DNA from: Senegalimassilia sp.
GTDB lineage: Bacteria; Actinomycetota; Coriobacteriia; Coriobacteriales; CADBOM01
Direction: 5' to 3'
Length of the DNA: 58,693 nucleotides
NCBI GenBank assembly: GCA_963661535.1
Contig: CAVLCC010000004.1
Coordinates: 1-58,693, forward strand
Every line of letters begins with the position of its first letter. Position 1 is the stretch's first letter. Shown here piece by piece: positions 6,494-18,517 of this stretch. The position numbers and the translations under genes were made by a program. The notes below the pieces were generated by a model. It was not told the origin of the DNA. It ran no database searches and saw only the letters and a list, made by a program, of their open reading frames with translations.

Positions 6494-9400
6494 CTACTCG
6501 CTAAAGTAACACACGCCACTTTCAAACAATGGCTGTATCATCTCATAAGAGCCAGGTATGTTGAAATATAGTCCCGCACCGCTTCGCTCGGTGTGACCCA
6601 TTTTGCCAAGTATTCTTCCATCTGGGCTTGTAATACCCTCAATTGCAAGAAGCGAACCATTAGGATTTATATCCAAATCCATTGAGGGGTGTCCATTTTC
6701 ATCAACATATTGTGTTGCAATTTGTCCAGCACTAATAAGGTCATCAATAACCGATTGAGGTGCTACAAAGCGCCCCTCCCCATGGCTAATCGGCATCATA
6801 TGAATATCGCCAGGCTTGCTCTTAATCATCCAAGGAGACAAATTTGACGCAACACGCGTGCGCACCATTTTGCTGATGTGGCGACCTATTGTATTAAACG
6901 TAAGCGTTGGGCAGTTTTGATTCATGTCGCATATATCTCCAAAGGGCACGAGTCCAAGCTTAATAAGAGCCTGAAAGCCGTTGCAAATTCCGAGCATTAA
7001 GCCGTCGCGCTCGTTAAGTAGTTTGCGAACTGCTTCTGTGACCTCGGGCGCACGGAAAAACGAAGTAATGAATTTTGCGGAGCCGTCGGGTTCGTCCCCG
7101 CCCGAAAACCCTCCAGGAATCATAACTATTTGACTATTGTTAATTTGGCGAGCTAGCTCTTGTGTGCTTTCGGCTACTGCCTTAGGCGTGAGGTTGTTAA
7201 TCACAAATGTCGAAACCTCTGCGCCTGCTCGCTCAAAGGCCATAGCTGAGTCGTATTCGCAATTATTGCCCGGAAATACCGGAATAACAACGCGTGGCTT
7301 AGCAATGGTTTTGTTATATACAAGCGGCAGAGCACTGTCGTAAGTGATAATTGACACTTTCTCATCGCTTGCCTCCCGATAGGGGAACACATCTTCTAAT
7401 GGACGCTCCCACGCTTCTTGAAGTTCAGTTAGGTCTATTGTTTCGAATAAAGTTTTAAGTGTATAGTCAGAGGTTGTCTGCCCAAGTTTTTCTACGGTAA
7501 ACGACCTTGTGTCTGTTGGGTTTGTTGCGTTTGCAGCGTCTGTATCATTTGCTGCATCGGCATCAATCACATCCTCAGCCTCAACTTCAACATCTGACCC
7601 TTCGGCAAGTTCAACAATAAATGAACCATAAGCAGGTTTAAGCAACGATTCTATATAAAACTCACCATCTATCTCAAGACCAATTGCGTTGCCTAGAGCC
7701 ATCTTAAATATGCTCTCTGCGCCGCAACCATCCCCAGGCGTAGAAATTGCCAGCACCGCATTATTCTCAACAAGCTGCTCCACATAGTCCATAGCTGCAA
7801 GCAGGCTTTCTTTTTGAGGAAGCAGTCCATCCTCTTGATATTGCGGTTGTATAAACACAACTTTGCTTCCCGCACGCTTAAATTCTGGAGAAATAACGCG
7901 CTCCACCTTGCCAGTTGCCACTGCAAAACTAATAAGGGTAGGGGGGACATCTAGGTCCTCAAAACTTCCACTCATTGAGTCTTTGCCGCCTATTGCTCCA
8001 ACTTCTAGGTCAACTTGTGCCATCAAGGCGCCAAGCAAAGCAGCCGTGGGCTTTCCCCAACGCTCAGGATCAACACGCAAACTCTCAAAATATTCCTGAA
8101 AACTCAAATACATCTTGCTGCGCTCAAAGCCTGTTGCAATAAGCTTTGCAACGCTTTCTACCACAGAGAGATACGCCCCTCTATATTGGTCTTTCTCCAT
8201 AATGTATGGATTATAGCCCCAAGACATTCCGCTTATTGTTGTGGTGTCTCCAAATACTGGAAGCTTAGAGACCATCGCCATAGGGGCTGTTAGCTGTCTC
8301 TTGCCTCCAAAAGGCATAAGCACGGTTTTTGCTCCTATGGTAGAGTCAAAACACTCGGCTAGTCCCTTGTTAGAGCAAAAGTTGATATCTGTAACAATCT
8401 GGCGCAGGTGCGAAGACAGGTTCGCGGATAAACCCGTAGATAAACGCTCATGCCATGGAGAGCGGTAGCTTTTAGCTGCACAAACATGCACATCTTGTTG
8501 CTTGGGCGCGCCATTGCTGTTCAAAAACTCACGACCAAGGTCAATAATCGCCTCGTCATTCCACATGACTTTTACGCGAGGCTCCTCAGTAATTGTTGCA
8601 ACAACAGAGGCCTCAATATTTTCCTCGCGGGCATAGCCCATAAATTCGTCAACATCTGTTGCAGCTATTGCGCAAGCCATGCGCTCCTGGCTTTCAGAAA
8701 TTGCGAGCTCGGTGCCGTCTAGTCCGTCATATTTTTTGGGAACAGCATTGAGGTCAATTATCATTCCGTCGGCTAGTTCACCACATGCAACCGAGACCCC
8801 TCCAGCTCCAAAGTCGTTGCATCGTTTGATGAGTCTGCATGCGTCGCCTCGTCTAAAAAGCCTTTGCAATTTGCGCTCTACAGGGGCGTTTCCTTTTTGT
8901 ACTTCGGCTCCACAGGTGTCGAGACTTTCGCGTTTATGTTCTTTGGAAGAACCCGTTGCACCGCCAATTCCGTCGCGTCCAGTCCTTCCTCCTAAAAGCA
9001 CAATTTTGTCGCCTGGCGCAGGCGTTTCTCGCCTCACATGATCTGCTGGAGTAGCTCCAACAACAGCTCCAACTTCCATGCGTTTTGCAACATAATTGGG
9101 GTGGTAAAGTTCGCTAACTTGCCCTGTTGCAAGTCCAATTTGGTTGCCATAACTTGAGTAGCCTGCTGCAGCCGTTGTAACAATCTTGCGCTGCGGAAGC
9201 TTTCCTGGCAAAGTTTGCGAAACAGGTGTTAGGGGGTCGCCAGCACCAGTTACGCGCATTGCTTGATAAACGTAGCTGCGACCCGATAGGGGGTCGCGAA
9301 TTGCTCCGCCTATGCAAGTTGCCGCGCCACCAAATGGTTCGATTTCCGTTGGGTGGTTATGAGTCTCATTTTTGAACAAGAAGAGCCAGTCCTCGTCGTG

Positions 9401-10438
9401 TCCATTTACATCGCATTTAATTTTGACTGTGCAAGCGTTGATTTCTTCCGACTCATCTAAGCCGGTGAGGCTGCCTTTTGCTTTAAGATACTTTGCTCCA
9501 ATAGTGCCCATGTCCATTAGGCATACTGGCTTGTTGGTGCGCTTCAGTTCCTCGCGCATTTGCAGATATCGGTCAAACGCCTTTTGCACTATCTCATCAT
9601 CAATCTTGATGTTGGTAAGCTCGGTGCCAAAAGTTGTATGCCTGCAGTGATCCGACCAATAAGTGTCGATCATTTTAATCTCTGAGATTGTTGGGTTGCG
9701 CTTTTCTTGAGAAAAATATTGCTGGCAAAACGAGATGTCGGCTAGATCCATGGCTAGACCGCGATTGTTGATGAACTGTTGGAGCTCCTCATGGGTTAGA
9801 TCTAGAAAGCCCTCAATAACCTCTACAGGCTTTGGTTGTGGATAGTTGACTTTAAGTGTTTCTGGCTTATCGAGAGGTGCTTCGCGCGACTCCACTGGAT
9901 TGATAACATAGTTTTTGATTTCTGCAATATCTTTGGGAGTTAGCTCTCCCTCTAGGCAGTATATGCGTGTATTTTTTACTAAGGGGCGCGTTTTTTGACT
10001 TATAAGTTGAATGCACTCGCTGGCAGAATCTGCACGTTGATCGAACTGCCCAGGCAGTGCTTCAACTGCAAATATGGTTGTGGGTGGTTGGGGATTGGAT
10101 TGAGCCTGGGCTTGGGCTTGGGTGCTGGATTGCACGTTAGCCTGCGCTTGTGTGCAAGTTTGTGTTTGTGACTGCGCTTGCGTGGCCGCGCCATCTTCCG
10201 TCTGAACCTGCAGCACCTCCTCAAGTTCCTTATAAACTATATCTGATTGAGGCTCACTAAAGACCGTAGGAATACACTGACAAAACAGCTCCTCGGTTAT
10301 GTCTTCTACGTCATAGCAGTTGAGCAATCTCAAAGACAAGAGATTGCTTATACCCAATATATTGCGAAGTTCGTGTCCAAGCTTTTTTGCTTCAACGTCA
10401 AATCCTTGTCTTTTCTCAACATATACTCGAAAAACCAT
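6494..10438 (-). CDS. purL: Phosphoribosylformylglycinamidine (FGAM) synthase, single-chain large form
   Basis: 1320-aa ORF (6494..10456). The Met at 10438 (MVFRVYVEKRQGFDVEA, typical N-terminus, GAAAGG 10 nt upstream) is the preferred start. It has PurS-like N-terminal, AIR-synthase-like core and C-terminal glutamine amidotransferase regions (LGICNGFQ nucleophile Cys, HGEGRF). Confidence 0.95.
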   Translation of the reverse strand: MVFRVYVEKRQGFDVEAKKLGHELRNILGISNLLSLRLLNCYDVEDITEELFCQCIPTVFSEPQSDIVYKELEEVLQVQTEDGAATQAQSQTQTCTQAQANVQSSTQAQAQAQSNPQPPTTIFAVEALPGQFDQRADSASECIQLISQKTRPLVKNTRIYCLEGELTPKDIAEIKNYVINPVESREAPLDKPETLKVNYPQPKPVEVIEGFLDLTHEELQQFINNRGLAMDLADISFCQQYFSQEKRNPTISEIKMIDTYWSDHCRHTTFGTELTNIKIDDEIVQKAFDRYLQMREELKRTNKPVCLMDMGTIGAKYLKAKGSLTGLDESEEINACTVKIKCDVNGHDEDWLFLFKNETHNHPTEIEPFGGAATCIGGAIRDPLSGRSYVYQAMRVTGAGDPLTPVSQTLPGKLPQRKIVTTAAAGYSSYGNQIGLATGQVSELYHPNYVAKRMEVGAVVGATPADHVRRETPAPGDKIVLLGGRTGRDGIGGATGSSKEHKRESLDTCGAEVQKGNAPVERKLQRLFRRGDACRLIKRCNDFGAGGVSVACGELADGMIIDLNAVPKKYDGLDGTELAISESQERMACAIAATDVDEFMGYAREENIEASVVATITEEPRVKVMWNDEAIIDLGREFLNSNGAPKQQDVHVCAAKSYRSPWHERLSTGLSANLSSHLRQIVTDINFCSNKGLAECFDSTIGAKTVLMPFGGKRQLTAPMAMVSKLPVFGDTTTISGMSWGYNPYIMEKDQYRGAYLSVVESVAKLIATGFERSKMYLSFQEYFESLRVDPERWGKPTAALLGALMAQVDLEVGAIGGKDSMSGSFEDLDVPPTLISFAVATGKVERVISPEFKRAGSKVVFIQPQYQEDGLLPQKESLLAAMDYVEQLVENNAVLAISTPGDGCGAESIFKMALGNAIGLEIDGEFYIESLLKPAYGSFIVELAEGSDVEVEAEDVIDADAANDTDAANATNPTDTRSFTVEKLGQTTSDYTLKTLFETIDLTELQEAWERPLEDVFPYREASDEKVSIITYDSALPLVYNKTIAKPRVVIPVFPGNNCEYDSAMAFERAGAEVSTFVINNLTPKAVAESTQELARQINNSQIVMIPGGFSGGDEPDGSAKFITSFFRAPEVTEAVRKLLNERDGLMLGICNGFQALIKLGLVPFGDICDMNQNCPTLTFNTIGRHISKMVRTRVASNLSPWMIKSKPGDIHMMPISHGEGRFVAPQSVIDDLISAGQIATQYVDENGHPSMDLDINPNGSLLAIEGITSPDGRILGKMGHTERSGAGLYFNIPGSYEMIQPLFESGVCYFSE

Positions 10439-10490
10439 TTGTGTCACGCCTTTCATATCCTTGAGGGCGGGTATCTTGCAAGTTTGCTAG

Positions 10491-10520
10491 TTTGCAGCTT
10501 TGCAGCTTTGCAGCTTTGCC
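10491..10520. repeat. 8-bp tandem repeat (tttgcagc x3 plus partial) upstream of purL
   Basis: tttgcagc-tttgcagc-tttgcagc-tttgcc read directly, 35-65 bp upstream of the purL ORF start on the minus strand. Confidence 0.8.
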
Positions 10521-10614
10521 AGTTAAACCTTTAGGCTGCTTGCTTTTGCTTCTAACTGATAGCTTTATTTAGCGTCAAAGTCATCGCCAACGCTTCAGTC
10601 AACACAACCAAAAC

Positions 10615-11403
10615 TCACATATCTAATTCTAATAATACAGGACAATGATCCGAACCCATCACATCTGTTAATATTTCGGCCTTTTCAATTTTATCTTTTA
10701 AGCTTAGACTCGTTAGAAAATAGTCAATACGCCAGCCCGAGTTGTTTTTGCGAGCATTAAAGCGATAACTCCACCACGAATAAATTCCAGCTGCATCTGG
10801 GTGCAAATATCTAAACGTGTCTATAAATCCGGCGTCTAAAAGCTGTGTAAATTTGCCGCGTTCCTCATCTGAAAATCCTGCATTACCGCGGTTAGACTTA
10901 GGATTTTTGAGGTCTATCTCGTTGTGAGCAACATTAAAATCACCACACATTACCACTGGTTTGGGAGTTGCACCTCCGACGCTCAAAGGCGTATCTCCTG
11001 CCTCTAGGGCTTTGCAAAAATCCCTAAAAGCATCGTCCCATGCCATTCGGTGATCTATTCGAGCAAGCTCATTTTGCGCGTTGGGGGTATACACGCATAC
11101 AAGCCAAAAGATCTCAAACTCCAAAGCACAAATGCGCCCCTCGTCATCTAGCGGCTCCACGCCAAGCTCATGCAACACTTGCAAAGGCTCCTGCTTAGAC
11201 AAAACCGCCGTCCCCGAGTAGCCTTTGCGCTGCGCATAGCTCCAATAATCATTATATTGAGGAAGATCCAACTCAATTTGACCCTCTTGCAATTTGGTTT
11301 CTTGAAGACACAAAACGTCGGCATCAATTTGTCTGGCTATATCCTCAAAACCCTTTTTTTTAATTGCACGCAGACCATTTACATTCCACGAAACAAGGCG
11401 CAT
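10615..11403 (-). CDS. xth: Exodeoxyribonuclease III (AP endonuclease)
   Basis: ORF 10615..11421. The second ATG (11403, MRLVSWNVNGLRA) has AAAGAGG 8 nt upstream. Motifs LCLQETK, GDFNVAH and SDHCPV are present. Confidence 0.92.
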   Translation of the reverse strand: MRLVSWNVNGLRAIKKKGFEDIARQIDADVLCLQETKLQEGQIELDLPQYNDYWSYAQRKGYSGTAVLSKQEPLQVLHELGVEPLDDEGRICALEFEIFWLVCVYTPNAQNELARIDHRMAWDDAFRDFCKALEAGDTPLSVGGATPKPVVMCGDFNVAHNEIDLKNPKSNRGNAGFSDEERGKFTQLLDAGFIDTFRYLHPDAAGIYSWWSYRFNARKNNSGWRIDYFLTSLSLKDKIEKAEILTDVMGSDHCPVLLELDM

Positions 11404-11745
11404 AGCAAGAACCTCTTTCATATAATCAGTTAATTAAATTAAAGTTTTGCCAATCACTTTTATTATGCACTATAGCCAAACTAGTTAGCGGCTATATTTT
11501 CTAGGAGCGCCCCATGGCATCTTTTGGAATATGAAAAATATTTCTCGATTAGGAATATTTAAGTTTTTCACTTCATATTGCAAGCTTTTGAATGACTTTC
11601 TCGAAGTTTCAAAATGAGAGTTAAATTTGTTATATGTAGGATAAAAATTTCAAAATATGTTCTGTGTATGAAAAAGTCTTGATGTGACGGATAAAATGCT
11701 GGTGAAATACTTCAAAATGTGTGTGTAACTTTTTTAGTAATAGCG

Positions 11746-11754
11746 TGCTACAAT
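11746..11754 (+). promoter_or_regulatory. Extended -10 element (TGcTACAAT) placed for a leaderless transcript of the 11761 ORF
   Basis: TGCTACAAT at 11746-11754, then a 6-nt spacer (taacct), then the ATG at 11761. No SD precedes that ATG. Confidence 0.4.
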
Positions 11755-11760
11755 TAACCT

Positions 11761-12138
11761 ATGAATAATTTAAGCAACAAAACAGAGCCACGAGGCATTC
11801 TTTTAACCGATAACGTAGACCGTGATTGGCTTAATTCAATAACTCCTGTGTATTTTGAAGATTTTATTAAATTCATTGTTAACAGAGAGTCAAATGAAGT
11901 AGTTATTGGTATGGAGGTTCACAAAAACGGAGTAGCATTGATGAAAAATGATAATCCCAAAAATGTCCTCGGCGGAAATCTCTATCCCGATAATTCAATA
12001 ATTTATTCTTCAACTCTAAATGTATTTCATAATGCAAAATTAGAGAATCCCAATAGAAGCGATATGAGAATAATTCTTGACTCTGATTTACAGGATTTAA
12101 TTGACTCGATTTTATTTTCGTGGGTTAGGGTGAAATAA
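11761..12138 (+). CDS. Hypothetical protein (125 aa), first gene of a two-gene cassette
   Basis: Clean ORF with no antisense competitor. Its stop TAA lies 1 nt before the next ATG. I recognise no motif with confidence. Confidence 0.6.
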   Translation: MNNLSNKTEPRGILLTDNVDRDWLNSITPVYFEDFIKFIVNRESNEVVIGMEVHKNGVALMKNDNPKNVLGGNLYPDNSIIYSSTLNVFHNAKLENPNRSDMRIILDSDLQDLIDSILFSWVRVK

Positions 12139-12139
12139 A

Positions 12140-12463
12140 ATGGCAGACGAAAATTTTGCTGATATCTTTAACGAAAGTAACATCTACATGTGTCTTATGG
12201 ATTTGGCTGCTGAGGCAAAGCGTGTTATTGAAAGCAAGGGAACTCCAAGTTTTGAAAAGAATTATCGAGTTTATTCTCAGCTAGACGATGCTATTCGCTT
12301 ACATAAAGATATGAGTGACGGGATGCTTTGGGAGCTAGATCAAGAGCGTCATTTTTTTGACGACTATCTGCAACAAAGAACTCCTTATTTTAATGATGAA
12401 ACCATTTTAGGTTGGTACAATCAGTGGCTTTACGATCTCAATTTTGCTGAGATGTTTGTGTGA
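12140..12463 (+). CDS. Hypothetical acidic protein (107 aa), second gene of the cassette
   Basis: GGGTGA SD lies inside the end of the upstream ORF, indicating translational coupling. No recognisable motif. Confidence 0.6.
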   Translation: MADENFADIFNESNIYMCLMDLAAEAKRVIESKGTPSFEKNYRVYSQLDDAIRLHKDMSDGMLWELDQERHFFDDYLQQRTPYFNDETILGWYNQWLYDLNFAEMFV

Positions 12464-12691
12464 GGCTCTCAATCCGCTTTAGTTTTTTGTAATGAGCTAC
12501 GTATTGCACGAGCACTTCATACATATCCGCGCACGAAAATTCAAAAAAACCATTCGCCTTGTATAAGAACAATATGCGAATTTGAATGGTACAATTTAAT
12601 ATCTGCGAAGTTTGACGCTCTTATGCCCACACAAAATATATAAAGTTGAGCAAATGAGCGTTTGGTAAGACTATTGAAGGGTTAACAAACT

Positions 12692-13000
12692 ATGTACGCT
12701 GTGATTCTTACAGGTGGCAAGCAGTACAAAGTCTCCGAGGGAGATGTTCTCGACATTGAGAAGCTTGATGTTGAGGTCGGAAGCTCTGTTGATTTTGACG
12801 TGCTCTTTGTATGTGATGGTTCAAAGATTGTCACGGAAAGCTCTGAGCTGGCAAATGCCAAGGTAACAGGAGAGGTTGTCGAACAATTTAAGGGCGACAA
12901 GCAAGTTGTGTTTAAGTTCAAAAAACGCAAAGGCTACAAAAGACTTAAAGGACATCGTCAACAGCTCACCAAAGTAAAGATTACTGGCGTTTCTGCATAG
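12692..13000 (+). CDS. rplU: 50S ribosomal protein L21
   Basis: MYAVILTGGKQYKVSEGDVL... is the canonical L21 N-terminus. 102 aa. Confidence 0.95.
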   Translation: MYAVILTGGKQYKVSEGDVLDIEKLDVEVGSSVDFDVLFVCDGSKIVTESSELANAKVTGEVVEQFKGDKQVVFKFKKRKGYKRLKGHRQQLTKVKITGVSA

Positions 13001-13211
13001 TAGTTGCAATATTTGCAAAAACAAATATAAACAAGGAACAATTTGAGAGCTTGTGTTTTGGTTTAAAAAAATAAAGCCAACAGGCTGGGCACAAAGCGGC
13101 GAGGCACAAAAAGACACGGAGCACAAAGTCAAAATCCCTCCGCAGTTCTTAAGCTAAAGCGGCAAAACAAAGACCAAAACAAAAGTTCTCAAGATTAGGT
13201 AGGAGACAAAA

Positions 13212-13466
13212 ATGGCACATAAGAAAGGACTTGGCTCTTCGCGCAACGGACGCGATTCTCATGCCAAGCGTCTTGGAGTCAAACGTTTTGCAGGTCAAGA
13301 GGTTAATGCTGGAACTATTTTGGTTCGTCAACGCGGCACTCACCTACATCCTGGAGACAACGTTGGACGAGGAAGTGACGATACTCTATTTGCAAAAACA
13401 AGCGGCATTGTAGAGTTCACTCGTGGTGATAAACGCAAAGTTCATGTTCGACCTTTAGAGGGCTAG
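13212..13466 (+). CDS. rpmA: 50S ribosomal protein L27
   Basis: [29 protein letters not shown]... is canonical L27 with an AGGAGA SD. There is no N-terminal propeptide. Confidence 0.95.
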   Translation: MAHKKGLGSSRNGRDSHAKRLGVKRFAGQEVNAGTILVRQRGTHLHPGDNVGRGSDDTLFAKTSGIVEFTRGDKRKVHVRPLEG

Positions 13467-13522
13467 CATTTAGGCTAAGCTCCTTTCATATAAGTCGAAA
13501 GTATTTGAAGAGTCTGGCCTAA

Positions 13523-16101
<2,579 letters not shown>

Positions 16102-16171
16102 GCGGTGTTGTTTTAAGATATAGCGGATATAGCGTGGCTTAGCACCGTAAAAGTTAGAAGGGTGGTTTTAG

Positions 16172-17500
16172 ATGTGTGACAAAAAGAAAAAAGCTGAGGT
16201 TGTAGCGCAAACCAGTGTAATAGAAAACTCAAAATCGGATGTGCGCGAGATGGCAGAGAAGGCACATACAGCTTCGCAGCTTTTGGCAAAAGTGAGCTCC
16301 AAGGAGCGCAACCTTGCTCTTGTTGCTATGGCAGATGCACTTGAGCTTTACACCGATGAGATTTTGCAAGCCAATGCTCTAGATTTGGACAAAGCACGCC
16401 AAGATGGCATGGCAAAACCCTTACAAGACCGCCTTCTTCTAACAAAAGAAAGACTTGCCGATATCGCAAATGCTTTACGTGAGTTAATGGCGCAAAGCGA
16501 CCCAATAGGCGAGATTATTGAGGGTCGCACATTAGAGAGTGGCATTAAGCTTTCGCGCGTGCGTGTTCCTATGGGCGTTGTTGCAATGATTTATGAGGCT
16601 CGCCCAAACGTTACTGCCGATGCGGCAGGACTTTGCATCAAAACCGCCAATGCTTGCATTTTGCGTGGTGGGTCTGCTGCAAATCATACAAATATTGTTA
16701 TGACAGAAGTGCTTGCAAATGCGGCTTCATCGGCCGGACTTCCTCCAAATTGTATTCAGCAAGTTCAAACAACGTCTCGCGATGCGACCCTCGAGCTAAT
16801 GGGAATGCGCGACCTAGTTGATGTTCTAATCCCACGCGGGGGGCGCGGTTTAATTCAGTCGTGCGTGCAAAATTCTAAGGTTCCTGTAATTGAGACGGGC
16901 ACAGGAAATTGCCACATATATATTGCAAAAGATGCCGACCTAGACATGGCGGAGTCGATTGTAATAAATGCTAAGACGCAGCGTCCTGGGGTGTGCAATG
17001 CGGCTGAGTCGCTTTTGGTTGATGAGTGTGTGGCTGCGCAGGTTTTGCCCCGTGTGCTTGGCAGTTTGACGCAACGCGGGGTTTTAATTCATGCCGATGA
17101 GCCCTCGCTTAAAATTGCTCGTGATGCGGATTGTATTGAGCCAGATAAGCTTGTTTTGGCTACTGAGGACGACTGGGGTACAGAGTATCTTGAGCTCGAG
17201 ATAAGCGTTAAGTTAGTGAGTGGACTAGATGAGGCTATAGCGCATATCAATAAGTATGGAACTCGTCACTCAGAGGCCATTGTTACAGAGAATTATGAGT
17301 CTGCAATTAGATTTACAAATGAGGTTGACGCTTCGTCTGTGTATGTGAATGCTTCGACTCGTTTTACAGATGGCGGCATGTTTGGTCTTGGGGCAGAGAT
17401 TGGAATTTCTACCCAAAAGCTTCATGCGAGAGGACCGATGGGACTTAGCGCGCTAACCACCTCAAAGTATGTGTTAATGGGTTCGGGTCAGGTTCGCTAG
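16172..17500 (+). CDS. proA: Glutamate-5-semialdehyde dehydrogenase
   Basis: Motifs EARPNVT, GTGNCHIYI and catalytic Cys context GVCNAAESLLV. 442 aa. Confidence 0.95.
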   Translation: MCDKKKKAEVVAQTSVIENSKSDVREMAEKAHTASQLLAKVSSKERNLALVAMADALELYTDEILQANALDLDKARQDGMAKPLQDRLLLTKERLADIANALRELMAQSDPIGEIIEGRTLESGIKLSRVRVPMGVVAMIYEARPNVTADAAGLCIKTANACILRGGSAANHTNIVMTEVLANAASSAGLPPNCIQQVQTTSRDATLELMGMRDLVDVLIPRGGRGLIQSCVQNSKVPVIETGTGNCHIYIAKDADLDMAESIVINAKTQRPGVCNAAESLLVDECVAAQVLPRVLGSLTQRGVLIHADEPSLKIARDADCIEPDKLVLATEDDWGTEYLELEISVKLVSGLDEAIAHINKYGTRHSEAIVTENYESAIRFTNEVDASSVYVNASTRFTDGGMFGLGAEIGISTQKLHARGPMGLSALTTSKYVLMGSGQVR

Positions 17501-17546
17501 AGCTTTGAGTTAACCAAACCCGCCTAGCACACAAAGGAGTTTTTAG

Positions 17547-18206
17547 ATGAGCATATCTCCTTGCATCGACAAGGTTTTATCGCAAGGTTCAAAACATAAT
17601 CTTCGTTTGGGAATTATGGGCGGCACGTTTGATCCCATTCATTATGGTCACCTAATTTGTGCGGAGCAAGCGCGTGAGCAATTTGAGTTAGACCTTGTTT
17701 TGTTTATGCCAACAGGAAATCCTGCATTTAAACAAAAGTGCGACGTAACATCTTCTGACGATCGTTATGAGATGGTCAAGCTCGCCATCAAAAAAAATGA
17801 TAGCTTTGATGTTAGTCGCATGGAGATTGACAGAAAAGGCGTTACTTATACCTATCAAACGTTGCGAGAACTAAAGGATTTGCTGCCAAAAGACACAAAG
17901 CTCTTCTTTATTACTGGTGCCGATGCAATTTTGAGTGTTTTGAAGTGGCGAAATTCAACAGAGGCAATGAAACTTGCACATTTTGTGGCAGCAACAAGAC
18001 CAGGATATGACTACAGCGCCTTGCAAGCCGAGATGGAATGTAATTTGGAGATAGCTCACAGCGTTTCTTTTTTTGAGGTGCCAGGACTTGCGATTTCTTC
18101 GACCGACCTTCGGCAGCGCGTGTACACAAATAAGTCAATAACTTATATGACACCTTTTGCAGTGGAACGATATATCGCTTCGCATGGATTGTATCGTTCA
18201 TACTGA
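17547..18206 (+). CDS. nadD: Nicotinate-nucleotide adenylyltransferase
   Basis: GIMGGTFDPIHYGH is the (H/T)xGH nucleotidyltransferase motif. ISSTDLR lies near the C-terminus. AAGGAG SD. Confidence 0.9.
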   Translation: MSISPCIDKVLSQGSKHNLRLGIMGGTFDPIHYGHLICAEQAREQFELDLVLFMPTGNPAFKQKCDVTSSDDRYEMVKLAIKKNDSFDVSRMEIDRKGVTYTYQTLRELKDLLPKDTKLFFITGADAILSVLKWRNSTEAMKLAHFVAATRPGYDYSALQAEMECNLEIAHSVSFFEVPGLAISSTDLRQRVYTNKSITYMTPFAVERYIASHGLYRSY

Positions 18207-18466
18207 ATTGTATAAAAGTCAGATACAGCTAACAAATATTGCAGGTAGCCTGGCACATAAATTTTTTGCAATTCCAAATTGCCATTCGCACAAAATTTTG
18301 AAGCAATTTTGTGGGGCAAAATAACCTTGTTTTTGCAAAATTTGCAAGCTAAAAAACGCATATCTAGACAACATATTTGCTATTCAATACAAAGCTATTC
18401 GCCAAATTTACACAACTTTTCTTCTCCCTGTCATATACTATATTTATTGCACGACACGCAGGCAAA

Positions 18467-18482
18467 ACACTACATATTGTGT
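18467..18482. promoter_or_regulatory. NrdR-box-like palindrome ACACTACATATTGTGT
   Basis: Near-perfect match to the 16-bp NrdR operator pattern (acaCwAtATaTwgtgt), 135 bp upstream of nrdD. A weaker AT-rich half-site, tcatatactatatttat, lies about 31 bp upstream. Confidence 0.55.
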
Positions 18483-18517
18483 TTATTGTTATAAATCGCA
18501 GTAAGTTTTTATTGATG

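Noticed and set aside
6322-6504. ORF 6322..6504 (+), 60 aa
   Set aside because: It lies in the convergent larE/purL spacer, overlaps the long hairpin and the purL stop, has no SD, and encodes a Q/S/P/K low-complexity peptide.
7137-10224. Many 60-120-aa ORFs on both strands inside purL (and similar nested ORFs inside obg, proB, nrdD, aspS, putP, comEC and others)
   Set aside because: They are nested in or antisense to long ORFs with unmistakable conserved motifs. They have no independent start signals and are typical shadow ORFs.
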